From Geotalea uraniireducens Rf4 (GTDB lineage: Bacteria; Desulfobacterota; Desulfuromonadia; Geobacterales; Geobacteraceae): DNA of 32,000 nt. This document shows, in pieces, positions 15,828-23,888 of this stretch. Made by a program: the position numbers and the translations under genes. The stretch covers positions 3,270,001 to 3,302,000 of the forward strand of contig NC_009483.1 of the NCBI RefSeq assembly GCF_000016745.1. The letters are read 5' to 3'. The number at the start of each line of letters is the position of its first letter. The stretch's first letter is position 1. The notes under the pieces were generated by a model. The model saw only the letters and a program-made list of their open reading frames with translations, ran no database searches and was not told where the DNA came from.

Positions 15828-16910
15828 ATGCAAAAATTGAAAATTTTGACTGTCATACTGACGATGTTTCTCACAGTTCCCGGTTTTAGTATTGTCGCAT
15901 CAGCAGAACCGGTGCAGCCTGTCCTCCAAAAAATACAGGTAACCGGGACGGGCAAAGATACCCGGATTGATATCGTTGCCGACAAACCGCTCACCTACAC
16001 CTATTACAAAATGCCCGACCTGCTCAAGGTGGTAATCGATCTGGCGCTCGTTGATCCCGGATCGGTTGCCCCTGTTACAGTCAATTCAGGGTTGATTTCG
16101 AAAATAACAGTGGAAAAGAAAGCCATCTCGAATTTCTCCCTCACCCGGGTGGTAATCAATCTGAAAAATGACGCCGAGTTTGCGGTGCTGACGGATCAGG
16201 CAGACAAAGGTAAAATACAGGTTTCTTTCGGCAAGACATCCCCTTCCACTAACAGGGAAATATCCAAAAAGACCGGGGTAGATAAAGCCAAGACGGAAGG
16301 GGATGCGGCAACCATTGATAAAACGCCGCTATCCTCAGTTGCAATCACAACCCAACCGGCAGCCATCATCGCAACCGCTCCTGCCGCAGAAGCGGTTCTG
16401 CATCAACCGGTAGCGGCAGTACCAGCGTTGACTGGCAAAGAGCAGCAATCCGACGGGGAAAATGCAACAACTGACAAATCCGCTGTAGTGATTGCGGAGA
16501 CAAAGACTGGGCAAGCTGCGTCACTGCAACGGACAGAGTCAGCGACTTTCAGATCCAAGGCGGTTTTGCTGCCTGTCGTACCGCAGAAAATTCCGTCAGG
16601 ACCGATCAGCGCAGTCAAGGTAAACAAGGACAACCTTGTGATTGTCACCGGCTCCGGAGTTGCTGACTACAACGCCTTCACCCTGACTAATCCCGGACGG
16701 CTCGTCATCGATCTGCCGCTGGCAAAGTGCTCCATCCTTGCCAAGGATATGCCGGTGAAACGTTTCGGCATAGCAAAAGCCCGTGTCGGCACCTACCCCG
16801 ACAAAGTCCGGCTGGTTTTCGATGCTGCAGGAAAAACATTTCCTGCATACAAGATCGAGAAGACCGGCAAAGGCTTGAAAGTCACATTTCCTGCTCTCAA
16901 AAAAGGATAG
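15828..16910 (+). CDS. Secreted protein with two AMIN domains separated by a low-complexity linker
   Basis: Signal peptide MQKLKILTVILTMFLTVPGFSIVASA. AMIN-like modules are present at both ends (TRIDIVADKPLTYTYYKMPDLLKVVIDL; FTLTNPGRLVIDLPLA...RVGTYPDKVRLVFD). The ATG at 15828 has a GGGAGGG RBS. Confidence 0.72.
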   Translation: MQKLKILTVILTMFLTVPGFSIVASAEPVQPVLQKIQVTGTGKDTRIDIVADKPLTYTYYKMPDLLKVVIDLALVDPGSVAPVTVNSGLISKITVEKKAISNFSLTRVVINLKNDAEFAVLTDQADKGKIQVSFGKTSPSTNREISKKTGVDKAKTEGDAATIDKTPLSSVAITTQPAAIIATAPAAEAVLHQPVAAVPALTGKEQQSDGENATTDKSAVVIAETKTGQAASLQRTESATFRSKAVLLPVVPQKIPSGPISAVKVNKDNLVIVTGSGVADYNAFTLTNPGRLVIDLPLAKCSILAKDMPVKRFGIAKARVGTYPDKVRLVFDAAGKTFPAYKIEKTGKGLKVTFPALKKG

Positions 16911-16966
16911 AAATTTAAGGTCATATGAAGAGAAGAAGATAAAGGCTTCCGGACGTTCTCCGATAT

Positions 16967-18424
16967 TTATTCAAATGGGAAGCTGGAAATAGCGGTTATT
17001 TCTATTCTTTGCTCATTCCCGGTGCGAAGGTCGGCAGCAGAAACCTGGAGAATGCCGTCGACGTTAATAGTGAATGTCACCTCTATCTTCGGATCCCCCT
17101 TCGGTTCAGGAGGGATGTCCGCAAGCTCAAAAATGCCGAGACTCATATTATCACCGGCAGTCTCTTTCTCTCCCTGAAGGACGTGGATACTGACCGACGT
17201 CTGGTTATCGGCAGCGGTTGTAAATATCCTGTTTCTTGAGACGGGAACTGTGGTATTTCTGTCGACGATCCTGGTAAATGTCCCTCCTTGGGTCTCAATC
17301 CCCAGGGAGAGCGGCGTGACGTCCAGCAAAACGACGTCGCTGAACTCACCGGCAATGATCCCTCCCTGTATCGCAGCGCCAATGGCTACCACCTCGTCAG
17401 GGTTAATGCCGTCATGGCAAATCTTCGAATCGCCGAACAAATTCTTTGCAAGTTCCAGCACCGCGGGCATCCGGGTCGAACCACCAACGAGAATAACCCT
17501 GTCGATATCCTCGAACCTGAGCCTGGCATCGGAAAGCGCCTGCAGGGTGGGCCCTACCAGCTTTCGGAGGAGAGAGTCGGTTAATTCCTCGAAATCTTCC
17601 CGCGAAAGGCGTATAGGCAATATACTCCCATCCCTGGCATCTCCCCCCGTCAGGGCGTTAAGGGGAATGGTTATCTCAGCAACCATTTCACGAGACAGCT
17701 TTTTCTTAGCGAGTTCCGCCGTCTCTCTCAGGAACGATAAGGCCGCTTTATCTCTCAAAGGATCGATTCCGGTCTCCAGATGTATGATTCCGGCCAGATG
17801 CTTGACGATCCTTTGATCCCAGTCATCCCCGCCCAGATGGGTATCACCGTTGACCGCCATGACCTCGAATATCCCTTGGCCAAGTTCCAGGACGGAAACA
17901 TCGAATGTACCGCCACCCAAATCCCAGACGAGTACCGTATGGATCTCCTCCTTGTCCAGCCCATAGGCTAAAGCTGCGGCGGTCGGCTCGTTGATTATCC
18001 TTACCACATCCAGGCCGGCCACGATCCCGGCTTCCTTTGTGGCTTCGCGCTGTTCGTTGTTGAAATAGGCGGGGACCGTGATCACAACCTTCTCTATCCT
18101 TTCCCCCAGATACGCTTCCACATCTCCGACAACTTTGCGAAGGATCATCCCCGATATCCCTGCCGGTGTGTAAACATTTCCCCCCGCATGAAACCTTTGC
18201 AATGAGCCCATATACCTCTTGACCGAGACGATGGTCCCCTCGGGATTGCCGATCGCCTGGTGCAAAGCACCCTTTCCCGCCAGCATCCCGTCATCCGTGA
18301 AGGCCACCACCGAAGGGGTCAGATTTTCACCGTCCCCATTGGGAATAACCACAGGGCGTCCATTATCGAGAATGGCAACAACCGTATTGGTGGTCCCCAG
18401 ATCGATACCGATTATCCTGGACAT
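16967..18424 (-). CDS. Hsp70/DnaK-family chaperone lacking the C-terminal helical lid (485 aa); last gene of the gvp operon
   Basis: [35 protein letters not shown] and the interdomain linker [16 protein letters not shown] are present. The SBD-beta region runs to [29 protein letters not shown], and the protein ends ~12 aa later. The ATG at 18424 has GGAGG 4 nt upstream and overlaps the upstream gvpJ/M gene by 13 nt. Confidence 0.9.
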   Translation of the reverse strand: MSRIIGIDLGTTNTVVAILDNGRPVVIPNGDGENLTPSVVAFTDDGMLAGKGALHQAIGNPEGTIVSVKRYMGSLQRFHAGGNVYTPAGISGMILRKVVGDVEAYLGERIEKVVITVPAYFNNEQREATKEAGIVAGLDVVRIINEPTAAALAYGLDKEEIHTVLVWDLGGGTFDVSVLELGQGIFEVMAVNGDTHLGGDDWDQRIVKHLAGIIHLETGIDPLRDKAALSFLRETAELAKKKLSREMVAEITIPLNALTGGDARDGSILPIRLSREDFEELTDSLLRKLVGPTLQALSDARLRFEDIDRVILVGGSTRMPAVLELAKNLFGDSKICHDGINPDEVVAIGAAIQGGIIAGEFSDVVLLDVTPLSLGIETQGGTFTRIVDRNTTVPVSRNRIFTTAADNQTSVSIHVLQGEKETAGDNMSLGIFELADIPPEPKGDPKIEVTFTINVDGILQVSAADLRTGNEQRIEITAISSFPFE

Positions 18425-18651
18425 GGTTCCTCCGTAGCCCGAATTTCCTTGTCCCACTCCTCCATGACGCCATATTTGGTCATCGTTTCCATTCCGGCCA
18501 CGGCTGCCCTCAGGTTGACGCCGACCAAGGGGATGCCCGCAATGGAGATAACCAGGTCCGCATCCACTACGACCCCCTTGTCGAGGACCCTCTCCAGCAC
18601 ATCAACCAGCGTAATATTTCCTTTGCTTGCATGTTCCATATTCACCGTCAC
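18412..18651 (-). CDS. gvpJ/M: GvpA/J/M-family gas vesicle protein (minor structural paralog)
   Basis: The core TLVDVLERVLDKGVVVDADLVISIAGIPLVGVNLRAAVAGMETMTKYG matches the GvpA-family fold signature. The GTG start overlaps the upstream stop (GTGA). Confidence 0.85.
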   Translation of the reverse strand: MTVNMEHASKGNITLVDVLERVLDKGVVVDADLVISIAGIPLVGVNLRAAVAGMETMTKYGVMEEWDKEIRATEEPCPG

Positions 18652-19397
18652 ATGTCGACAAAGCTGTACGGCGGCCAGGGGCCGGTAGGGCGTACTGCGA
18701 TACCTTCCCTGAGGTTGATGATCTCCAGTTCCGCTGTCATCTCATCACGCCTTTCCCCGGGGACCAGGACCGACAGGTTCATGATCATCCGTACGCCGTT
18801 ATCTGCCGCCTTCACCTCTTCAATGATTATCCGTTCCGCCAGCTCCTCGATCCTCTGGTAGATATTCTCGAAATACCTTTCCTTCTCCCTTGCCATCTCG
18901 CGCTTTAACGCCTTTTCCAGGAGCTGGCCATGCATGTAAGCCGCTCCTGTCCCACCCTCCGTCTTCGCCTTGAGTTCCCTGAGGGCCGGCACACTATCCA
19001 CAAGCCTTCCTGCAACAAGATCCTCGTCCCAGAATACCTGGACACCGTATTCTTCCCTGCCCCTCAACCGGCCGATACTTTTTCGCAGTTCCCCGTGGTT
19101 TCCCCCCAGCCATCCATTGAGATCATCCGCCCCCCCCTTGATGACGGTATGGAATCTTACCGGGAGGATTGTTCCGAACCGCCTCCATGCCGTTTCAACC
19201 ACCTTCTGGTGGGAGACGACCCAGCCGATCATACTTTCTCTCTCCCAACAATCGGGCGGGTCTCCCTGGTAATTATGGACAATCGCAGACAGGCCTTCAA
19301 AATGAACAGTATAGACCTCGCTCCCATCTATCCCGATCCTTCCGAGCGAAATTTCCTCGTCCCCCTCCGCCACGCAATAGATATATCTACCTTCCAT
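18648..19397 (-). CDS. gvpF/L: GvpF/GvpL-family gas vesicle assembly protein
   Basis: The N-terminus is YIYCVAEGD...VYTVHFEGLSAIV, and the C-terminus is ...NLSVLVPGERRDEMTAEL...VRPTGPWPPYSFV, typical of GvpL/F. The start is set at the ATG at 19397 (GGAG 7 nt upstream), overlapping the end of gvpK. Confidence 0.85.
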   Translation of the reverse strand: MEGRYIYCVAEGDEEISLGRIGIDGSEVYTVHFEGLSAIVHNYQGDPPDCWERESMIGWVVSHQKVVETAWRRFGTILPVRFHTVIKGGADDLNGWLGGNHGELRKSIGRLRGREEYGVQVFWDEDLVAGRLVDSVPALRELKAKTEGGTGAAYMHGQLLEKALKREMAREKERYFENIYQRIEELAERIIIEEVKAADNGVRMIMNLSVLVPGERRDEMTAELEIINLREGIAVRPTGPWPPYSFVDM

Positions 19398-19677
19398 GCA
19401 AGTCTCCGCCAAGCACCCCTTCCACCAGGTTGTCCAGACTATCCCTCACAGACCTGACCGCCTCGGTAACACCGTTATCCTCTTTTATCTGTTCCACGAC
19501 CCTGTCAAACTCCATGAGGGACTTTCCCAGCCTTTCCACCTCCTCCGCGTTCAGGCTTCCGTTTTCCATCCGCCTTACGGCCTGGGTCTTGAGAAGATCC
19601 CTGATTATCTCCACCAGGGCAAGGACGAGCCCCAGAACCCCCTGCTTGAGATTGTCCTGCTCGATGTCGATATTCAT
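19387..19677 (-). CDS. gvpK: Gas vesicle protein GvpK
   Basis: GVLGLVLALVEIIRDLLKTQAVRRMENGSLNAEEVERLGKSLMEF is the characteristic GvpK core. Confidence 0.85.
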   Translation of the reverse strand: MNIDIEQDNLKQGVLGLVLALVEIIRDLLKTQAVRRMENGSLNAEEVERLGKSLMEFDRVVEQIKEDNGVTEAVRSVRDSLDNLVEGVLGGDLHGR

Positions 19678-19692
19678 GGGGATATTTTACTC

Positions 19693-20058
19693 CTAGAGAC
19701 TATAGTCGGTTGTATGGGCTGCAATCTTCGCCCTGGCGCTCTCCCAACCGCACCAGGGACAACCTGCGGCGATCAGTTCATCCACAGAAACCCTCTTTCC
19801 GCATTCGGGGCAGGTTTCCTTGGTCGTGATCCCCTCTTTCCAGGCAGGAGCCTCAAGATTGATCCCTGAAGGAAACGCCAGACCATACCTGGCCGCTACC
19901 TCAAAAGAGGCAATGCTCGCCCTGATCTTGATGCTGAGGAGTTCAGTCCCGACAATGGATATGGCAATGTCCGCATTGATGACTATTCCCTTGTCCAGGA
20001 TCCTGTCGAGCACATCCAGCAAGGAAGCGCTGTTGTTTATTGTCCCTTCTATGGCCAT
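19693..20058 (-). CDS. gvpJ: GvpA/J-family gas vesicle protein with a C-terminal CxxC-x13-CxxC zinc-ribbon extension
   Basis: The GvpA-family core is SLLDVLDRILDKGIVINADIAISIVGTELLSIKIRASIASFEVAARYG. A ~50-aa tail follows, containing CPECGKRVSVDELIAAGCPWC. The AAGGAG RBS lies 6 nt upstream. Confidence 0.85.
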   Translation of the reverse strand: MAIEGTINNSASLLDVLDRILDKGIVINADIAISIVGTELLSIKIRASIASFEVAARYGLAFPSGINLEAPAWKEGITTKETCPECGKRVSVDELIAAGCPWCGWESARAKIAAHTTDYSL

Positions 20059-20068
20059 CCGTTTCTCC

Positions 20069-20374
20069 TTAGTCCCTTAGAAAAATTATTTGCATGTTTT
20101 TTGCCAGCGTTGTCCGGTTTGGTTTGTGCATCAAGGTTGTTAAGCCCCATTAGGGGCGTTCGAATGTAGCCGGGGGATTCATCCCCCGGATGAGATGCTA
20201 TATTTCCCCACGTCACGTACGTGACGTGATGATATTTCGCCTGGATGACCGGGGAATGAATTCCCCGGCTACCAGTATTCTGTCCCTACGGGACGTAAGC
20301 AAAAACCAAACCGGACAACGCTGGTTTTTTGCGAAGAATTTTTCGTGAAGGGACTTATCCCGTTCATCGGGGTT
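20069..20374. repeat. Copy A of a 78-bp intergenic module, split into 35-bp and 43-bp halves by a MITE insertion
   Basis: 20069-20103 plus 20332-20374 are 100% identical to 25247-25324, by direct base-by-base comparison. Confidence 0.9.
20104..20324. mobile_element. MITE-like non-autonomous element (221 bp) with 22-bp perfect terminal inverted repeats and a 7-bp target-site duplication
   Basis: The TIR is CCAGCGTTGTCCGGTTTGGTTT at 20104-20125, with its reverse complement at 20303-20324. The flanking TTTTTTG is duplicated (20097-20103 and 20325-20331). An empty-site paralog at 25270-25285 carries a single TTTTTTG. The element has no ORF. Its interior is a chain of hairpins, including the perfect 20-bp palindrome CACGTCACGTACGTGACGTG. 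Confidence 0.8.
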
Positions 20375-20403
20375 AGGACCTGTTACGCGAGACTCTCTAT
20401 TTG

Positions 20404-22362
20404 TTACGCACCCGTCAGTTGACCAAGGGCTTCCACCCCCTTGACCGGACTCAGAAACAGCGGCACAACAGCAACGTCGTAGTCATTCCCCCACTTTGCC
20501 GTCACCTGCCGCAGATACTTTTCCTGCTCTCCCTTGCAGCAGCGGCATCCGGCAGGAGGGGTCACCATGTTGACGATTATATGCCTTGACGGGATACCCA
20601 ATCTCCTGATGCCGGAAAGGAGGCGTTCCGTTTCAAGGATGGCAAGGGATTCCGGAATGGTAACGGCAACAAATTCAGTTTGCAGGGAGTCGGTAAGGGC
20701 CTTTTTCACATTCTTTACATCCCTGAGCAGATTCATGATCCCTTCGGCGGCACAACCAAGCCGGACGATCTCCTTGTATTTAAGCAGCAGCCTGAGGATC
20801 GCCTTCAACCATTCAAGGACGATCTCTGGGGTTTCGAGGAAACGGAGCGCATGACCGGTGGGCGCAGTATCGATAACGAACAGGTCGTACGCCCCTCTCA
20901 GTTCGAGCATCTTCTTCAGGCCCATGATCTCGTCCAGTCCCGGGGGGGAAAGCTCGATAAGCCCCAGCATCACCTCTTTGTCAAAGGCGATATCTCCCCC
21001 TCCGGCGACGAAGGGGGAGAAAACCGCCTCGATGTCCGCGCAGTATTCTTTCTGGAATACGTTAAGCATGCGGGAGGCGTCCATCTCCAGTGCGAAGAGA
21101 TGTCCCCCCGCCGATGAGTCGATGATCGGCGTGACGGCATTTCCTATCGTGCGGTCGAAACAGTCCGACAACGAATGTGCGGGATCCGTGGAAAGTATCA
21201 GGATCTTCCTCTCCGGATTTTCCCTTGCCATATAAAGCGCTGTCGATGCGGCCATAGTGGTCTTGCCGACTCCTCCCTTGCCGCCGAAGAGAAGAAACTC
21301 CAGACCGGGTTTGCGCGCAAGCTCCGCTATGGCATTGCGAAAAGCCGCAAGGGTATAGTCGGGGGGAACGGGTGGTGAGGCAACATCTTTCCCGGCCGGA
21401 GCCGCGATTTTTACCGGCGCAAAGAGAAGCTCCGCAAATTTGCACAGGTTTTCAAATCCGTTGATTTCATGGTGGATAAGAGGGGCGAACACGAGATTGC
21501 AGTCGGCGAACCTCTCTCCGATTTCCGCCAGATACCCTTCGATCCCTTTCCTTCGCGAAGAACAGAACGGACAGTCCCCTCCCTCGACGACGCGATTGAC
21601 GATCAGGCTCCGCACCGCTATCCTATACTCCTTCAGGGATGCCAGCAGCCTGCCGGTTTCTTCGATCGCCGCCGGTTCGGGGATAGTCACCGGGACAAAT
21701 TCGGTCATCATGCCGTCCTTGAGAAGGGAATCCACTCGGTCCAGGTCGTCCGTCATCGTCTTCAGGAACTCATCCGTCGCGTCCCTCACGTACCGTCCCT
21801 TGAATCGTCTCAGGAGTAAACGGTGCTTCTCCTGCATCAGGTCAAAAACGGCAATCCATTTCTTCATCTGGGCCGGGAGGGCCAAAAGCCTCAGCGTGTG
21901 GCCGGTCGGCGCGGTATCGAGGACAATCAGGTCGAATTCGCCGGACTTCAAAAGCCTGACCACTTCAATGACCGCCATCACCTCGTCAAGCCCCGGCAGC
22001 GACAGGGAAAAGAACCCTTCGACGTCTTCCCGGTCAAAATAGGTCCCCCTTTCCGCCAGCTTTTTCATCACCCCTTCGTATTTTTTTCTGAAGTCCTGGA
22101 AGAGCTTGCGAGCGTCCATCTCCAGCAGCCAGAGATTATCAAGCTCATCGACCCGTGTGATATCCCCCCCGACGCTCCTCTCGAAACAGTCGCCCAGAGA
22201 ATGAGCCGGATCGAGGGAAATGAGAACCACCTTTTTCCCGGGCCTGAGCCGCGCCAGGTATATGGACGCAGCAGCTGCAGATGTGGTTTTTCCGCACCCC
22301 CCCTTTCCGCCGAACATTATCAGCCGGAGAGCCGGGTTATCAAGGAGCTTGGAGTTAGCCAC
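20404..22362 (-). CDS. Tandem-duplicated ArsA/Get3-family P-loop ATPase (pseudo-dimer) with a CxxC motif in each half
   Basis: It has two deviant Walker A loops (FGGKGGCGKTT; FGGKGGVGKTT), two DPAHSL motifs and two DTAPTGHTLR/DTAPTGHALR switch II motifs. CPFC follows IVNRV in half 1, and CRCC follows IVNMV in half 2. GTG start 6 nt after the gvpO stop. Confidence 0.9.
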   Translation of the reverse strand: MANSKLLDNPALRLIMFGGKGGCGKTTSAAAASIYLARLRPGKKVVLISLDPAHSLGDCFERSVGGDITRVDELDNLWLLEMDARKLFQDFRKKYEGVMKKLAERGTYFDREDVEGFFSLSLPGLDEVMAVIEVVRLLKSGEFDLIVLDTAPTGHTLRLLALPAQMKKWIAVFDLMQEKHRLLLRRFKGRYVRDATDEFLKTMTDDLDRVDSLLKDGMMTEFVPVTIPEPAAIEETGRLLASLKEYRIAVRSLIVNRVVEGGDCPFCSSRRKGIEGYLAEIGERFADCNLVFAPLIHHEINGFENLCKFAELLFAPVKIAAPAGKDVASPPVPPDYTLAAFRNAIAELARKPGLEFLLFGGKGGVGKTTMAASTALYMARENPERKILILSTDPAHSLSDCFDRTIGNAVTPIIDSSAGGHLFALEMDASRMLNVFQKEYCADIEAVFSPFVAGGGDIAFDKEVMLGLIELSPPGLDEIMGLKKMLELRGAYDLFVIDTAPTGHALRFLETPEIVLEWLKAILRLLLKYKEIVRLGCAAEGIMNLLRDVKNVKKALTDSLQTEFVAVTIPESLAILETERLLSGIRRLGIPSRHIIVNMVTPPAGCRCCKGEQEKYLRQVTAKWGNDYDVAVVPLFLSPVKGVEALGQLTGA

Positions 22363-22368
22363 ATGCCC

Positions 22369-22671
22369 CTACTCTTCCACTAACGTTTCGGCGCGCCTGC
22401 GCATCCCTTTGCGGCTGAATTCGAGCAGATTGCCGTGATTATCCAGTACGGCCTCATAGGTTGCAAGGATATCCATGTTATCAGGTATGACGCGCTTTTC
22501 CACCAGCTCGACCGACACTCGCCATCCCATCTCATCCTTCGCAGTCTTCAGCGTGGATGAAAGCTCCAGGCCGGTCAGAACGCTGAGCTCACTTCTTGCC
22601 TTCTGGATGATATTCCCGATAGACATCGCCATTTTTGCCGCCTCCGGCTGTTCAGACGAATCGACTTTCAT
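22369..22671 (-). CDS. gvpO: Gas vesicle protein GvpO
   Basis: The core LTGLELSSTLKTAKDEMGWRVSVELVEKRVIPDNMDILATYEAVLDNHGNLLEFSRKGMRRR matches my recollection of the GvpO family. The ATGA overlaps the gvpG stop. Confidence 0.8.
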   Translation of the reverse strand: MKVDSSEQPEAAKMAMSIGNIIQKARSELSVLTGLELSSTLKTAKDEMGWRVSVELVEKRVIPDNMDILATYEAVLDNHGNLLEFSRKGMRRRAETLVEE

Positions 22672-22907
22672 AATTCCTCTTTACGTTCCATGATCTCTTC
22701 CAGCCTGGCCATCAGTTCCGCTTCCTTGCTCAGATACTCTTCTTCGGTCATCTCATCGAGCTCAAAGCGCATCTGTAGTTCGAGAAGTTCCTCATGTATC
22801 CTGGAGTCGTCGGTCATCTCCGACTCAGCCATGTCCTTGAGTTTATCGGCTACCCAGACCAGCCCTTTTATGGGTGAAAGGAGAATGTCATCCAACAAAA
22901 AGATCAT
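22668..22907 (-). CDS. gvpG: Gas vesicle protein GvpG
   Basis: MIFLLDDILLSPIKGLVWVADKLKDMAESE...EEEYLSKEAELMARLEEI is the typical GvpG N-terminal hydrophobic helix plus acidic helix. The ATGA overlaps the upstream gene. Confidence 0.85.
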   Translation of the reverse strand: MIFLLDDILLSPIKGLVWVADKLKDMAESEMTDDSRIHEELLELQMRFELDEMTEEEYLSKEAELMARLEEIMERKEEL

Positions 22908-23881
22908 TCGACGACCCTTACCATTATGGCATCCTTCCCGAAAGCGAGGTTGCTGCAGCCCGTCAGGATTTTGTATGCCCGGCTGAACTTCTCGAAAATC
23001 ATCTGCGCATCGGGGTCGCCGGAATTATTGTCCGGGTGATACTTCCGGAGCTGCTTCCTATATGCCTTCCTGACCTCGTCCTTATCATCTCCAGGGACCA
23101 CGCCGATGATATTCATCGCTTCCTCAATCTCCCCGGCCCCTATTCTGCATATTTCCAGGGTATTGAAGCTGTGAGGAGGAAGCGGGCCTATGACCCGGAA
23201 GTTTATTCTGCCGCAATACCTCTTATCCAGCCCTTCTATCTGCTCATCCAGCGCGTTTTTCTTCTCACTCTCCACAAGAAAAGCCACGTTCAGCAGCATC
23301 CTGTCATCGAAATGCTCGCGGATCCTCTGCTCAAGGTGATGCTCCTTAAGAGCGAACAAAATTTCGTTCCCGACCCTCCCATTCTCCTCCTCCAGGGCCA
23401 CCCTGACCATTTTTCCCAGCTCTATGGCCGCCTCCCTAAGCTCTTCCCGGGATGCAGTTGCAATCTCTTCCTTGAACCGTCGAATCTCGTCTCTCTCCCC
23501 CAGTTCCCTCAATGTCGAATCCAGATCATTCCACAAGGCTATCAAATCCACCTCGACCTTGCCCGCCATGCTGTCGATCGCGTTTTTGAAGCAAGGGTAT
23601 CCCGATTCCAGTATTTCGAGAAGCTCCCCGTCATCCATGGCCGATGTCCCGAATTTTATCGGGACAGCCGTACACTCCTTCATAATCCCCTCGATCAGCG
23701 ACTGGTGGTTTGCCAGGTGCCGGACAAGGATATCCTTGGGAAGGGATGCGTAGTTTATGGGTGATGATTCCTTTACCACCAGGGCGATGTCGCGGTACGG
23801 CACGAGATAGGCGCAATCCCCCGAAACCGCCGCATCCCCGCCATCACGGCTTACAACGCAATAAAGATGCTTTGCCATCAT
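22904..23881 (-). CDS. GvpF/GvpL-family protein fused to a C-terminal DnaJ (J) domain
   Basis: Residues 1-245 are GvpL/F-like (HLYCVVS..., LLNVAFLVESEKKNALDEQI..., FRVIGPLPPHSFN). Residues ~250-305 are EIEEAMNIIGVVPGDDKDEVRKAYRKQLRKYHPDNNSGDPDAQMIFEKFSRAYKIL, with the diagnostic HPD tripeptide. Confidence 0.85.
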   Translation of the reverse strand: MMAKHLYCVVSRDGGDAAVSGDCAYLVPYRDIALVVKESSPINYASLPKDILVRHLANHQSLIEGIMKECTAVPIKFGTSAMDDGELLEILESGYPCFKNAIDSMAGKVEVDLIALWNDLDSTLRELGERDEIRRFKEEIATASREELREAAIELGKMVRVALEEENGRVGNEILFALKEHHLEQRIREHFDDRMLLNVAFLVESEKKNALDEQIEGLDKRYCGRINFRVIGPLPPHSFNTLEICRIGAGEIEEAMNIIGVVPGDDKDEVRKAYRKQLRKYHPDNNSGDPDAQMIFEKFSRAYKILTGCSNLAFGKDAIMVRVVE

Positions 23882-23888
23882 TGTCCCT

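Noticed and set aside
22874-23764. 296-aa plus-strand ORF, plus similar long plus-strand ORFs at 21440-22383, 20534-21235 and 25792-26406
   Set aside because: All lie antisense to strongly supported minus-strand gvp, arsA-like or gvpN genes. Their sequences are low-information shadow frames.
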